The notes: generated by a model from the letters alone, not told the origin. A stretch of DNA of 43,631 bases from a virus (IMGVR_UViG_3300033148_001360:1-43631); one strand, 5' to 3'. Positions 1 through 8,607 are shown, counted from the stretch's first letter. Numbers and translations are program-made.

Positions 1-1
1 C

Positions 2-841
2 TTGCTTGAACTCCAGGCAGGTGTGACTAGTATTCCTGTGAAAAATACTGTGTCAGAACCATCAGCCAATGCGACTGCTGATGCAAGAGAAAAAGTAAGT
101 GGCCTGAATGTTTCAGATGTTATAGCCGCGGATGAGAAGATTCAGGTAATTTATGTGGCTGAGAACTATAAGACGTTCTTAGAGAAGATTCCTGATAACT
201 CAGTTGGTATGGTTGAGCTTGATCCGCCGTATGCGATTAACTTTAACGAGACTTATGGTAAGGCAAATCAGATTGAAAGTAAGGCTACTGATTGGGATGA
301 GAAAGATCTGTATGATTTTTACTTTAATTACTTGCCGCTGATTCATCAGAAAATGCTTGACGGAAGTTGGGTGCTATGCTGGACTGGCAAGGAACACTTT
401 GTAGAGACGACAAAGATTGCGCAGGACATTGGCTTTATTGTTCAGCAACCTGGCGCATGGATGAAGACTGGAGGCAGCACTAATCAACCCAAACGAAACA
501 TGGTTAGTAACTGGGAAATGTACTTGCTCATGCGAAAAGGTGATGCTCAGTTTAATGTTCCTAGCCTAGCCAGTGCAATCAATGTTAAGACTGTTGCAGG
601 CTCACAGCGCATTCATCAATGGGAGAAGCCGATTGAACTGTATGATCATTTTCTGAAAGCCCTTGGCAAGCCCGGCTCAATCTTTCTTAGTCCTTTTGCA
701 GGGTCAGGAAATTGTCTCATCTCAGCAGCCAAAGCTAACATGGTTCCTATCGGATGTGATAAGAGTCAGAAATATATTCCTGAATTCTATACGAGACTAG
801 AAAACTATCTCGGCATCTCAGCTACAGTGACTGGCGTTTAA
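2..841 (+). CDS. DNA amino-methyltransferase-like protein (N6-A/N4-C, beta-class motif order), 5'-truncated by the window
   Basis: Motif IV 'ELDPPY', then 'HQWEKP' and motif I-like 'FLSPFAGSG' (usually DPFxGSG). Confidence 0.8.
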   Translation: MLELQAGVTSIPVKNTVSEPSANATADAREKVSGLNVSDVIAADEKIQVIYVAENYKTFLEKIPDNSVGMVELDPPYAINFNETYGKANQIESKATDWDEKDLYDFYFNYLPLIHQKMLDGSWVLCWTGKEHFVETTKIAQDIGFIVQQPGAWMKTGGSTNQPKRNMVSNWEMYLLMRKGDAQFNVPSLASAINVKTVAGSQRIHQWEKPIELYDHFLKALGKPGSIFLSPFAGSGNCLISAAKANMVPIGCDKSQKYIPEFYTRLENYLGISATVTGV

Positions 842-844
842 TCT
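830..844 (+). repeat. 15-bp direct repeat, copy 1 (ACTGGCGTTTAATCT)
   Basis: Identical to 1073-1087; both copies encode the C-terminal TGV-stop of adjacent genes. Confidence 0.85.
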
Positions 845-865
845 TTTTAAAAGGAAACTAATATT

Positions 866-1084
866 ATGCTTTTCATTACAATTTTATCATGGATGATGAT
901 GATTCTTTTTTCAATAAGAGTTTTTATGATCCTTTTCGGTAAGCGTAGCGCGCGAGAAGAACTGTTAATCGCAATAGCGCAGAAGCATGGACATACTCCT
1001 ATCTTTGATGCGTTGAGAATACCTGTTAGTGGAGCAATAGTTTGTATGGCATGGATACTAAGTACATTAATTACTGGCGTTTAA
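866..1084 (+). CDS. Small membrane protein (2 predicted TM helices)
   Basis: AAGGA RBS upstream; hydrophobic N- and C-terminal segments. Confidence 0.7.
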   Translation: MLFITILSWMMMILFSIRVFMILFGKRSAREELLIAIAQKHGHTPIFDALRIPVSGAIVCMAWILSTLITGV

Positions 1085-1087
1085 TCT
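1073..1087 (+). repeat. 15-bp direct repeat, copy 2
   Basis: Identical to 830-844. Confidence 0.85.
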
Positions 1088-1101
1088 AAGGAGCAAATAA
1101 C

Positions 1102-1314
1102 ATGAATGACGATTTACAATATTATGCTAGAAAAACTATCCTTGCTGGCTTAATTCAATTACCAGAAAGTAATCAGCTATTCTTTAAACGAATGTATTCT
1201 CATGATAATTTAGAAGCTGATATATCAGATGTAGTCAAGGCTATGCCAGAAGACAAACTTGATTGGGCAATGCAACAGGTGCAACGTTCACTCGATAAAC
1301 AGAACGCAGAATAA
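1102..1314 (+). CDS. Hypothetical phage protein
   Basis: AAGGAG RBS, 70-aa ORF in the operon. Confidence 0.75.
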   Translation: MNDDLQYYARKTILAGLIQLPESNQLFFKRMYSHDNLEADISDVVKAMPEDKLDWAMQQVQRSLDKQNAE

Positions 1315-1333
1315 CGAAGAGAGGAACTTTAGC

Positions 1334-1597
1334 ATGACTGAAAAGAAATATCAATCAGGGCAGATTATGTCGGATAAGAAAGCAGTTAAATGCTGTCGGC
1401 ATAAGAACTTAGTTCCTCTTGAGATAGGTATTGCTCGCAAGACTTGGCCTAATGGATATAAGGCTGTGCCGAATTACAATTTTGCAGTCACACTTATGTC
1501 AGCCGATGTTATGCGAGTCAAGTCTTATATTTGCTTGGATTGCAAGATGGAAATTAAAGCTCCCGAGCCAGGCAGCTTGAAAAAGGATAGGTTATAA
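1334..1597 (+). CDS. Hypothetical Cys-containing protein (possible Zn-binding)
   Basis: Start placed at ATG 1334 behind GAGGA; CCxH and CxxC motifs; abuts the polymerase gene. Confidence 0.65.
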   Translation: MTEKKYQSGQIMSDKKAVKCCRHKNLVPLEIGIARKTWPNGYKAVPNYNFAVTLMSADVMRVKSYICLDCKMEIKAPEPGSLKKDRL

Positions 1598-1599
1598 GA

Positions 1600-4113
1600 A
1601 TGATCATACCAAAAATAAAATCAACCGGCACAGCTCAAAAGAGTTCTTTCGATGCATTAGCTGTTGATTGTAATCCTACTGATAATATTAATACCGCTTT
1701 GGTCGCAATGGTAGGGGATGCTCCGAATGCTATTGATGTTTTAAAAGCTGAGCCCTTTCAAGGGCCTGCAGGAAGCCAATTGAATAGGGTATGTGCCGCA
1801 GTTAGATTGGCTAGATACCAGATTTACTTTACTACTGCATGCAAAGCAGAACTGCCAAAGAATAATACTAATCGCTTGTGGACTGAGAAAGGTTTTCGTC
1901 ATGCTGATTGGGGTACGCTGCAGAAGCGTCTCATAGACGAGCTGGCTGAATTTCCAGGTAAGTTCATTATGCTGCTTGGGCCGACTGCAATGAAGTTGCT
2001 GATTGACGAGCCTAAGTTTAATTCTATTCAAAGCTATCGCGGGTCATGTTATAAAGCCGAGCAATTTCCTCATCTGCGAGAGAAGTTAGCAGGTAAAATT
2101 ATTGGCCTATCATACCATCCAAGTTTTACGCTTTTCTCTGGCAAGCCGATTCATTTCTATACAATGATTGCTGACTTTGCAAAGATGTTAAAAATCATTG
2201 ATGATCCAGAGTTATTAACTGACAATACAGAAATCATTATCCGGCCTGGGTTTGAGAAAGTCATGCAGTTCTATGAGCTGATCAAGACCAAGAAGTTTGC
2301 TGGATTTGACATTGAAGCAACACCTAAGTTTATGACTTGCTTTTCATTTGCTGTCTATGACGATGATAAGATTAAAAGTATGTCGATTCCATTAATGGAC
2401 AATCGAGGTAGCTACTGGTCAACTGAGGAAGAAGTTAAGATATGGCGAGGCATGGCTGAGATATTAGGTGATCCTGAGATCGGTAAGATCATGCAGAATG
2501 GTATGTTTGATATAACTTATACGCTTCGTACTATGGGCATCATGACGGATAACTTTTACTTCGACACAATGCTTGCACAGCATATCTGCTATACCGAGCT
2601 TCCAAAGAGTTTAGCTTATCTTACTTCTACTTATACTAACTATCCAGCTTATAAAGATGAGGGCAAGCAATCTCATCAGAAAGTTATTAAGGATTGGGAA
2701 ACTTACTGGCGATACAATGCCAAAGACTCTGCTTACTTGCTTCCTATTTCAGAGCAGCTTATTAGTGAGTTAGAAGACTTTGAATCAACTGATGCTATGG
2801 AGTATACGATGAATCTCCATAAGCCTTTGATTGAAATGGAATACAATGGCATACTGACTGACACTGAAGGTATCTTAACAGCCAAGACTGATTATGAAGT
2901 CAAGATTTTAGCTCTACAAAATGATCTGAACGAGCTTGCTGGCAAGGAGATTAATGTTAATTCTTCGAAGCAAATGATCGCTTATTTTTATGGTATCTGC
3001 ATGATCAAGCCATACATTAATCGTAAGTCTGGTAATGCTACTTGTGGTGCAGTGGCCTTGCATCGAATTGCAAAGAAGCAAGTTAAGGGATCTGACGAAG
3101 CGCGTATCATTATTAAGCTACGCAAGTATCAGAAGCTAGTCTCGACTTACTTTACGATTGATGTTGATGAAGATAAAAAGCTACGTTGCCATCATAAGAT
3201 TTCAGGTACAGTGTCAGGGCGAATTGCTACCGAGGGAACTTACTTTGGGACTGGTGCTAACTTGCAAAACCAGCCGTATGCGTTTAAGTATTATTTGATT
3301 CCTGATAAAGAGCATTACTTAGTTGAGTTCGATCTTGCTAAAGCAGAAGCGCATGTCGTAGCGTATTTGACACAAGATGTTAATATGATTGATTCGTTTC
3401 TATCTGGGATTGACGTGCATTCTTTTAATGCCAGTAAGATATTTGACTTATCAATCGAGGAAGTTATTGAAGAGGCTAGGACGAAGAAAGGCTCAGTGAC
3501 TATGCGTCAGATGGGGAAGAAAGTAGTCCATGCAAGCAACTATGCAATGGGGCCACAGACTTTCTCAGATAACTTAGCGAAGGATGAAATCTTCAAGAGC
3601 CAATCTGAATGCAAGGCTTTGCTGACAGCTTATACGGATCGCTTTCCAGGGCTGAAGAGGTGGCATCGTTCTATTGAGGATGAAGTACAAGAGTCTCGAG
3701 TTCTGTATAATTTGTTCGGACGGCCTAGAAGATTTCTGAGTCCAATGAATGCAGCATTGTTCAGAAACGCTTATAGCTACAAGCCTCAATCAACTGTCGC
3801 TGAGTTACTTAACAAGGGCATGATCAAGATGGCTAATGATAAGCGTCTCGGCCCCGATGGATTTAACTTGCAAATGCTGACTACTGTTCATGATTCAGTT
3901 GTTGTGCAATTTCATAAATCACAGATACCTAATCTGGAACAAATCTTTCTGATTGTCCGTGATCATATGACTCATACATTTACTTATAAAGGTAAGAGCT
4001 TTACGATTGGCTTGGATGCGAAGATAGGCACACAATGGGCCGGGAACACTATCGAGATTGATGACTTTTCTCAGCACGTTATTGAACAAGCAATAGAAAG
4101 ATTAAAAGTATGA
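1600..4113 (+). CDS. polA: Family A DNA polymerase with N-terminal UDG-like domain and 3'-5' exonuclease
   Basis: UDG family-4-like 'VGDAP...EPFQGPAG...YHPS'; Exo motifs 'FDIE', 'NGMFD', 'YNAKD'; 'TVSGR', 'NLQN'; motif A 'DLAKAE', motif B 'RQMGKKVVHASNY', motif C 'VHDS'. Confidence 0.93.
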   Translation: MIIPKIKSTGTAQKSSFDALAVDCNPTDNINTALVAMVGDAPNAIDVLKAEPFQGPAGSQLNRVCAAVRLARYQIYFTTACKAELPKNNTNRLWTEKGFRHADWGTLQKRLIDELAEFPGKFIMLLGPTAMKLLIDEPKFNSIQSYRGSCYKAEQFPHLREKLAGKIIGLSYHPSFTLFSGKPIHFYTMIADFAKMLKIIDDPELLTDNTEIIIRPGFEKVMQFYELIKTKKFAGFDIEATPKFMTCFSFAVYDDDKIKSMSIPLMDNRGSYWSTEEEVKIWRGMAEILGDPEIGKIMQNGMFDITYTLRTMGIMTDNFYFDTMLAQHICYTELPKSLAYLTSTYTNYPAYKDEGKQSHQKVIKDWETYWRYNAKDSAYLLPISEQLISELEDFESTDAMEYTMNLHKPLIEMEYNGILTDTEGILTAKTDYEVKILALQNDLNELAGKEINVNSSKQMIAYFYGICMIKPYINRKSGNATCGAVALHRIAKKQVKGSDEARIIIKLRKYQKLVSTYFTIDVDEDKKLRCHHKISGTVSGRIATEGTYFGTGANLQNQPYAFKYYLIPDKEHYLVEFDLAKAEAHVVAYLTQDVNMIDSFLSGIDVHSFNASKIFDLSIEEVIEEARTKKGSVTMRQMGKKVVHASNYAMGPQTFSDNLAKDEIFKSQSECKALLTAYTDRFPGLKRWHRSIEDEVQESRVLYNLFGRPRRFLSPMNAALFRNAYSYKPQSTVAELLNKGMIKMANDKRLGPDGFNLQMLTTVHDSVVVQFHKSQIPNLEQIFLIVRDHMTHTFTYKGKSFTIGLDAKIGTQWAGNTIEIDDFSQHVIEQAIERLKV

Positions 4114-4124
4114 GGTGATCGAAT

Positions 4125-4493
4125 ATGAAATGGATAAAAGAAAAACTTCGTCTTTGGTTAGGTATATGTGATACTAATACAAAACTACTAAAACAAAAAA
4201 TGGATTTGGCAGATCAAGTAACAGAGTTAGTTGAGCTACGGAATATCATTAAGGATCGTACAGAGTACAACATTGATGTTCATTCAGTTGCTAGAAAAGG
4301 ATCTCAAGTTATTCTACTAGGCAGGTATCGCAACACTGATTTTATTCAGTGCTATACTTTGCAAGACAGAGATTTTAAGGACTTAATAGATCATTGCAGA
4401 CACCTTGAGAAATATAGTCATAGAGCTAGAGTCGATGCTTGGCCAGAGTTTAAAGCTACTATTAATAATGAGTTATCAAGATCAGGATTCTAA
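4125..4493 (+). CDS. Hypothetical protein
   Basis: GAGGTG RBS, 122-aa ORF filling the gap between polymerase and P-loop genes. Confidence 0.75.
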   Translation: MKWIKEKLRLWLGICDTNTKLLKQKMDLADQVTELVELRNIIKDRTEYNIDVHSVARKGSQVILLGRYRNTDFIQCYTLQDRDFKDLIDHCRHLEKYSHRARVDAWPEFKATINNELSRSGF

Positions 4494-4496
4494 AAG

Positions 4497-5747
4497 ATGC
4501 CACGACAATTAAACGATTGGCTTGAGAATTATATGAAGTATACGCAACGAAGTGAGTCGCCTGATCTGTATCATTTATGGTGTGGACTTACTGCGATTAG
4601 TACTGCGCTGCGAAGAAAATGTTACTGTGATTGGGGGCCATTGAGAGGCTGTGTATATCCGAATCTTTTTGTCGCATTGGTTGGCCCACCGGGGGGTAGA
4701 AAGGGCACAGCTATGAGACCCGCAAAAAGTTTTATAAATCAACTTGATGTTACATTAGGGGCTGATTCCTTAGGGTCTACGCAGGCATTATATAAAGAAC
4801 TCATTGATAGTGAAGATAGTTTTGTCGATGATAATGGCATGACTAAGAAGCATAAAAGCGTTTCGATATGGGCAGAAGAATTTCAAGTCTTTCTGTCTGA
4901 CAGAGATCAAATGCTCCTGCCATCACTAACTGACCTGTTCGATTGTGCTGATTCATGGAAGTATAAGACGTTAGCAAGGAAGACAGAAGATATATCGAAT
5001 TGCTGGATCACCATCATTGGTGCGATTACGCCGAGCTTATTACAAAGTAAGCTGACTCAAGATGCTGTAGGTGGTGGTCTGATATCAAGGATCATCTTTG
5101 TTGTAGGTCAAGGGCCAAAACATCGAAAAGCTTTGCAATATTTGACTGAAGAAGAGATGGATATTCAGAAGAAGCTTGGAGAAGATTTGCAAGAGATTGC
5201 TAATTTAGCTGGGCAGTTTAAGCTCAGTAAAGATTTTCTCAAAGCATATGTTCGCTGGTATGAGCAAGACTATGATGAATCTGGTGTGCCGAATGAGAAG
5301 TTCTTAGGATATAATCACAGACGTCCGTTACATATTAACAAAGTATGCATGCTAGTTTCTGCGGCTGAGTCAAATGAAATGATCATTACGGCTGAACACT
5401 TTGAGAAAGCTTTAGCAATTATGCAAGTGACTGAACAAGAAATGCCAAATGCTTTCTATGGCTTAGGCTTGAGTAGCCAAGCTGATGTATATGCAAAGAT
5501 ACTATCCTTTATCGAAGAGCGTGAGTCATTTGATTGGATGGAGTTTGTCAGAACATTCCATCTTGATGTTGAGAATATTCCACAGCTTCGTGGGTACTTG
5601 GAAATGGCAGAACAATCAGGCATTATTAAGGCTGAAACATCTGCAACTTCATCTCGGTATGTGAATCTAGTTACAAAAACAACATCGATTGATCCAGAGT
5701 ACTTGAACAAAACAGTGTTCAGCTTAATGGATCGTAACCTAGCATAA
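4497..5747 (+). CDS. DUF3987-like P-loop ATPase, putative replicative helicase
   Basis: 'YPNLFVALVGPPGGRKGT' Walker A variant, 'IWAEE' Walker B, 'GGGLISRIIF'; position in the replication module. Confidence 0.7.
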   Translation: MPRQLNDWLENYMKYTQRSESPDLYHLWCGLTAISTALRRKCYCDWGPLRGCVYPNLFVALVGPPGGRKGTAMRPAKSFINQLDVTLGADSLGSTQALYKELIDSEDSFVDDNGMTKKHKSVSIWAEEFQVFLSDRDQMLLPSLTDLFDCADSWKYKTLARKTEDISNCWITIIGAITPSLLQSKLTQDAVGGGLISRIIFVVGQGPKHRKALQYLTEEEMDIQKKLGEDLQEIANLAGQFKLSKDFLKAYVRWYEQDYDESGVPNEKFLGYNHRRPLHINKVCMLVSAAESNEMIITAEHFEKALAIMQVTEQEMPNAFYGLGLSSQADVYAKILSFIEERESFDWMEFVRTFHLDVENIPQLRGYLEMAEQSGIIKAETSATSSRYVNLVTKTTSIDPEYLNKTVFSLMDRNLA

Positions 5748-5758
5748 AGAGGCAAGGG

Positions 5759-5935
5759 ATGAAATGCAACCACTGTGGTCACGCGACACTTACTTATTAT
5801 AATCATACACTGTATGTTTGTTCTAAGTGTGGACGCTTTACTAAGCAGAATTCTAATAAGCATGAGCCTAAGTGGGCTGATACTGGTTGGGTAATATTAA
5901 TCTTAATCGCAGCGTATATGATTCTGCGATATTAA
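5759..5935 (+). CDS. Small Zn-ribbon membrane-anchored protein (58 aa, not in the ORF track)
   Basis: Translated by eye: MKCNHCGH...VCSKCGRF...WVILILIAAYMILRY; GAGG upstream; fills the intergenic gap. Confidence 0.65.
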   Translation: MKCNHCGHATLTYYNHTLYVCSKCGRFTKQNSNKHEPKWADTGWVILILIAAYMILRY

Positions 5936-5949
5936 CAGGAGCGAAGCAA

Positions 5950-6585
5950 ATGAATGAGAACAAATTAGTAACTAGCGAAACAAAGATATTATTCTTTGAC
6001 ACTGAAACATCAAATTTTATTAAGAAGGCTATTGCCGCTGATGATCCTGAGCAAGCATGGTGCGTGCAGATCGGTGCGATATTGGCAACGCAAGATGAAG
6101 AGCTTGACAAGATGAACACTATTATTCAATCCAATGGCCGTGAGATGGGGCATTATGCTCAAAAGGTGCATGGGATTTCCTCTGAGCAAGCCGATGAAGA
6201 TGGAGTGCCAGAGCTTGAAGCTGCGGAAGAGTTTGGTATGTTAATCCGGCAAGCTGATTTAATCGTCTGTCATAACTTTGACTTTGATTGGAACTTCGTT
6301 ACACAGTTGCTTGAGCGTAACATAGAAGAGATGACTGATGAAGCGCGGTCAGCTTTTTATCTTGATTTGCCTAACTTCTGTACAATGAAGGACAAGACAG
6401 TCAAGAAGTTTGTTCAGGCAAAGAATGTTAAAGGACATCTCAAATGTCCTAAGCTGGTCGAGCTGCATGAGAAATTATTTGACTGTGGATTCGATGATGC
6501 TCATGATGCCTTCGCGGATATTACGGCCACGAAGAATTGCTTCTATGAATTGCTTGAGCAGAACTTAATTACCGTTACGTTATAA
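5950..6585 (+). CDS. DEDDh 3'-5' exonuclease (DnaQ/epsilon-like)
   Basis: 'FFDTET', 'HNFDFD', 'AHDAFAD'; start set at ATG 5950 behind AGGAG. Confidence 0.9.
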   Translation: MNENKLVTSETKILFFDTETSNFIKKAIAADDPEQAWCVQIGAILATQDEELDKMNTIIQSNGREMGHYAQKVHGISSEQADEDGVPELEAAEEFGMLIRQADLIVCHNFDFDWNFVTQLLERNIEEMTDEARSAFYLDLPNFCTMKDKTVKKFVQAKNVKGHLKCPKLVELHEKLFDCGFDDAHDAFADITATKNCFYELLEQNLITVTL

Positions 6586-6614
6586 TAAATCACTTACTAT
6601 TTTAGGAGAATAAA

Positions 6615-6923
6615 ATGAATCAAGAAATAAATAAGCTAGATCAATCTGCAGAAATGTCCAATAAAGCTATGGAAGATCCTTTTAATGATGATAGATTTTG
6701 TCAGCTAAATAGCATGGCCAAAGAATTAAAAGGATTAAATGAGGAATTAAATCACATGATTTGTAATAAGTGTGATGCGCTTTTAGGAATATTTCCTCAA
6801 AACTCTGATGCAGCTAGTGTAAAAGCTCCTCATCCAATGGGATGGCTTGAAGAAACTATGGATGAACTTGCCAAGGGAATAAGTGCTTGCCAAGCTTCTA
6901 TTGCGCGGATGTCCTCTCTTTAA
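6615..6923 (+). CDS. Hypothetical protein
   Basis: AGGAG RBS; 102-aa ORF. Confidence 0.75.
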   Translation: MNQEINKLDQSAEMSNKAMEDPFNDDRFCQLNSMAKELKGLNEELNHMICNKCDALLGIFPQNSDAASVKAPHPMGWLEETMDELAKGISACQASIARMSSL

Positions 6924-6926
6924 TAT

Positions 6927-7107
6927 TTACCGAACTACTCATGGATGGTTCAGAGTTCAAAAACATACCTGCTTCGTGCGGTTCAATTCCGTTAATTAAC
7001 TTGGTAGAGTGAGGGTGGGCAAGATTGAGGTTCGATTCCTCAAGTCGGTAACTGAAAACTTGTCGTTCATAAGTGAACGAAACTGGTAAACCTTTCACGA
7101 GTAGGTA
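6927..7107 (+). ncRNA. Putative structured tRNA-like RNA or leader with two T-loop hairpins
   Basis: TTGAGG-TTCGATT-CCTCAA (7025-7043), CGG-TTCAATT-CCG (6979-6991), pairing 6927-6933 with 7045-7051, hairpin 7063-7080. No anticodon arm found. Confidence 0.5.
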
Positions 7108-7116
7108 ATTAATATA

Positions 7117-8094
7117 ATGACTACTGTAACTAATCAAGAGTTTCTGCAAGCAATCTTTGGAGATAAATTCATCTGGGTTCATGTGACTGACTTCTTTCAT
7201 GACCCAGGTTGTGCATTCACTGATGTGAGTAGAAAAGCTTGGCTAGGTAATCATTATATTAATTATCCTCTCAAACAGTTTGCAAACCAATACTTTACAA
7301 TTAGCTTATTCAATGTTGATCATGCTGATCGAGCGCGTCGTCGCAAGGAGCTTTTCAAGGCAACTTACTGTATTGTTATTGATGATGTTGGAGAAAAGAT
7401 TAATCCGAGTTTACTCTTTGATAAACCTGCACCAAGCTGGATATTAGAAACTTCACCAGGCTCTCAGCAGTGGGGATATATCTTAGATGTGCCTTGTAGG
7501 AAAAGAGAAAAGGTTGAAGCATTGCTGACTGGCTTGGTTGCTGATATTTGTCCTGAGGGCATTGACAGCGGAATGCTCGGCGTAACTCGATATGTTAGAC
7601 TGCCAGAAGGATGGAATACTAAGGAAAAGAAAGTTGCTCTGAACAATGGAGAACTTTTTAAATGCAGAATGCTCTTATGGCAGCCAGAAACAAAAATTAA
7701 CTTAGTTTTGTTTGCACAAGCATTTGACATTGACTTGACAGTTAAGCAAACGCGAGTAAGCATTTCCTCGGACTTACCTTTAATTGATCATGCTGATCAT
7801 CCGATTTGGAACTTACTTACTGCTAAAGAACAGCTTAGTCAGGGCAGGTACATGATTAATTGTCCTTGGCAAAATGAGCATACCGGACAAGAAGATACAG
7901 GGACGATGTTATTCATTCAGAATGATGGTAAGCTTGGTTTCAAATGTCATCACGGACACTGTGCTCAACGAACCAGTAAGGATTTAACTGAATGGTTAGA
8001 GTGTTTCCCAGTAGCAATGGAACAGTATAAAGAATATTGCCTGAACATTCAAAGGCAGAATCCTGTCAAGCCATGTCCTATTAAATTTAAATAA
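7117..8094 (+). CDS. RepB-like (AEP superfamily) DNA primase with C-terminal Zn-binding domain
   Basis: 'IVIDD', 'ETSPGSQQWGY', 'RYVRLP'; C-terminal 'CPWQNEH...CHHGHC'. Confidence 0.85.
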   Translation: MTTVTNQEFLQAIFGDKFIWVHVTDFFHDPGCAFTDVSRKAWLGNHYINYPLKQFANQYFTISLFNVDHADRARRRKELFKATYCIVIDDVGEKINPSLLFDKPAPSWILETSPGSQQWGYILDVPCRKREKVEALLTGLVADICPEGIDSGMLGVTRYVRLPEGWNTKEKKVALNNGELFKCRMLLWQPETKINLVLFAQAFDIDLTVKQTRVSISSDLPLIDHADHPIWNLLTAKEQLSQGRYMINCPWQNEHTGQEDTGTMLFIQNDGKLGFKCHHGHCAQRTSKDLTEWLECFPVAMEQYKEYCLNIQRQNPVKPCPIKFK

Positions 8095-8107
8095 TGGAGG
8101 TAAAGTA

Positions 8108-8299
8108 ATGAAGATTCAATACACCTGCTGCTGCGGATCTAAGTTCATCGGTATCACAGAGATAGAGAAATGTGATGCTGATCATACCAAAATAGAAATG
8201 ACTTTTATCTGTGCTGCATATGAGAAATTCAAAACACGTCATGCAAGCTGCCATAAGAAAAACAATACGCTTAGGGTATTTGGGGAACATTCCGCATGA
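8108..8299 (+). CDS. Hypothetical Cys/His-rich protein
   Basis: GGAGGT RBS; ATGA overlap with the next gene. Confidence 0.7.
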   Translation: MKIQYTCCCGSKFIGITEIEKCDADHTKIEMTFICAAYEKFKTRHASCHKKNNTLRVFGEHSA

Positions 8300-8607
8300 C
8301 TTATAAAGATAACCCAGCCCGTAAGGTCTATAACATTGACTTTGATGGAACACTTACTGATGGCTCATCGTATGAGAATCTTGTTCCAAACCAAGCAATG
8401 ATTAAGCGAGTCAAAGAACTTTACTTTGCAGGCAATATTATTATTCTTTGGTCAGCCCGTCAGTGGGATGATGCAAATATTATTGCTGCTTGGGCAATAC
8501 TTCATAGCGTACCTTTCCATGGACTTATGTTAGGTAAAGGCGGTACGGATGTATATGTTGATGATAAATCAATAAATGATAAAGACTTCTTAAAGGAGAA
8601 TAAATAA
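8296..8607 (+). CDS. HAD-superfamily phosphatase-like protein (capless)
   Basis: 'IDFDGTL' motif I, 'WSAR' motif II, 'K...DVYVDDK' motifs III/IV. Confidence 0.8.
   Translation: MTYKDNPARKVYNIDFDGTLTDGSSYENLVPNQAMIKRVKELYFAGNIIILWSARQWDDANIIAAWAILHSVPFHGLMLGKGGTDVYVDDKSINDKDFLKENK

Noticed and set aside
6985-7055. Canonical tRNA gene
   Set aside because: The T-arm is good, but no anticodon stem-loop, properly spaced acceptor stem or CCA could be built.
7051-7090. Hammerhead ribozyme (CTGA...stem...GAAAC)
   Set aside because: The core reads CTGAAAA rather than CTGANGA, spacing to the stem is wrong, and flanking stems were not found.
6898-7200. 100-aa minus-strand ORF across the structured region
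   Set aside because: Antisense to the operon, overlaps the primase, and has no recognisable motif.
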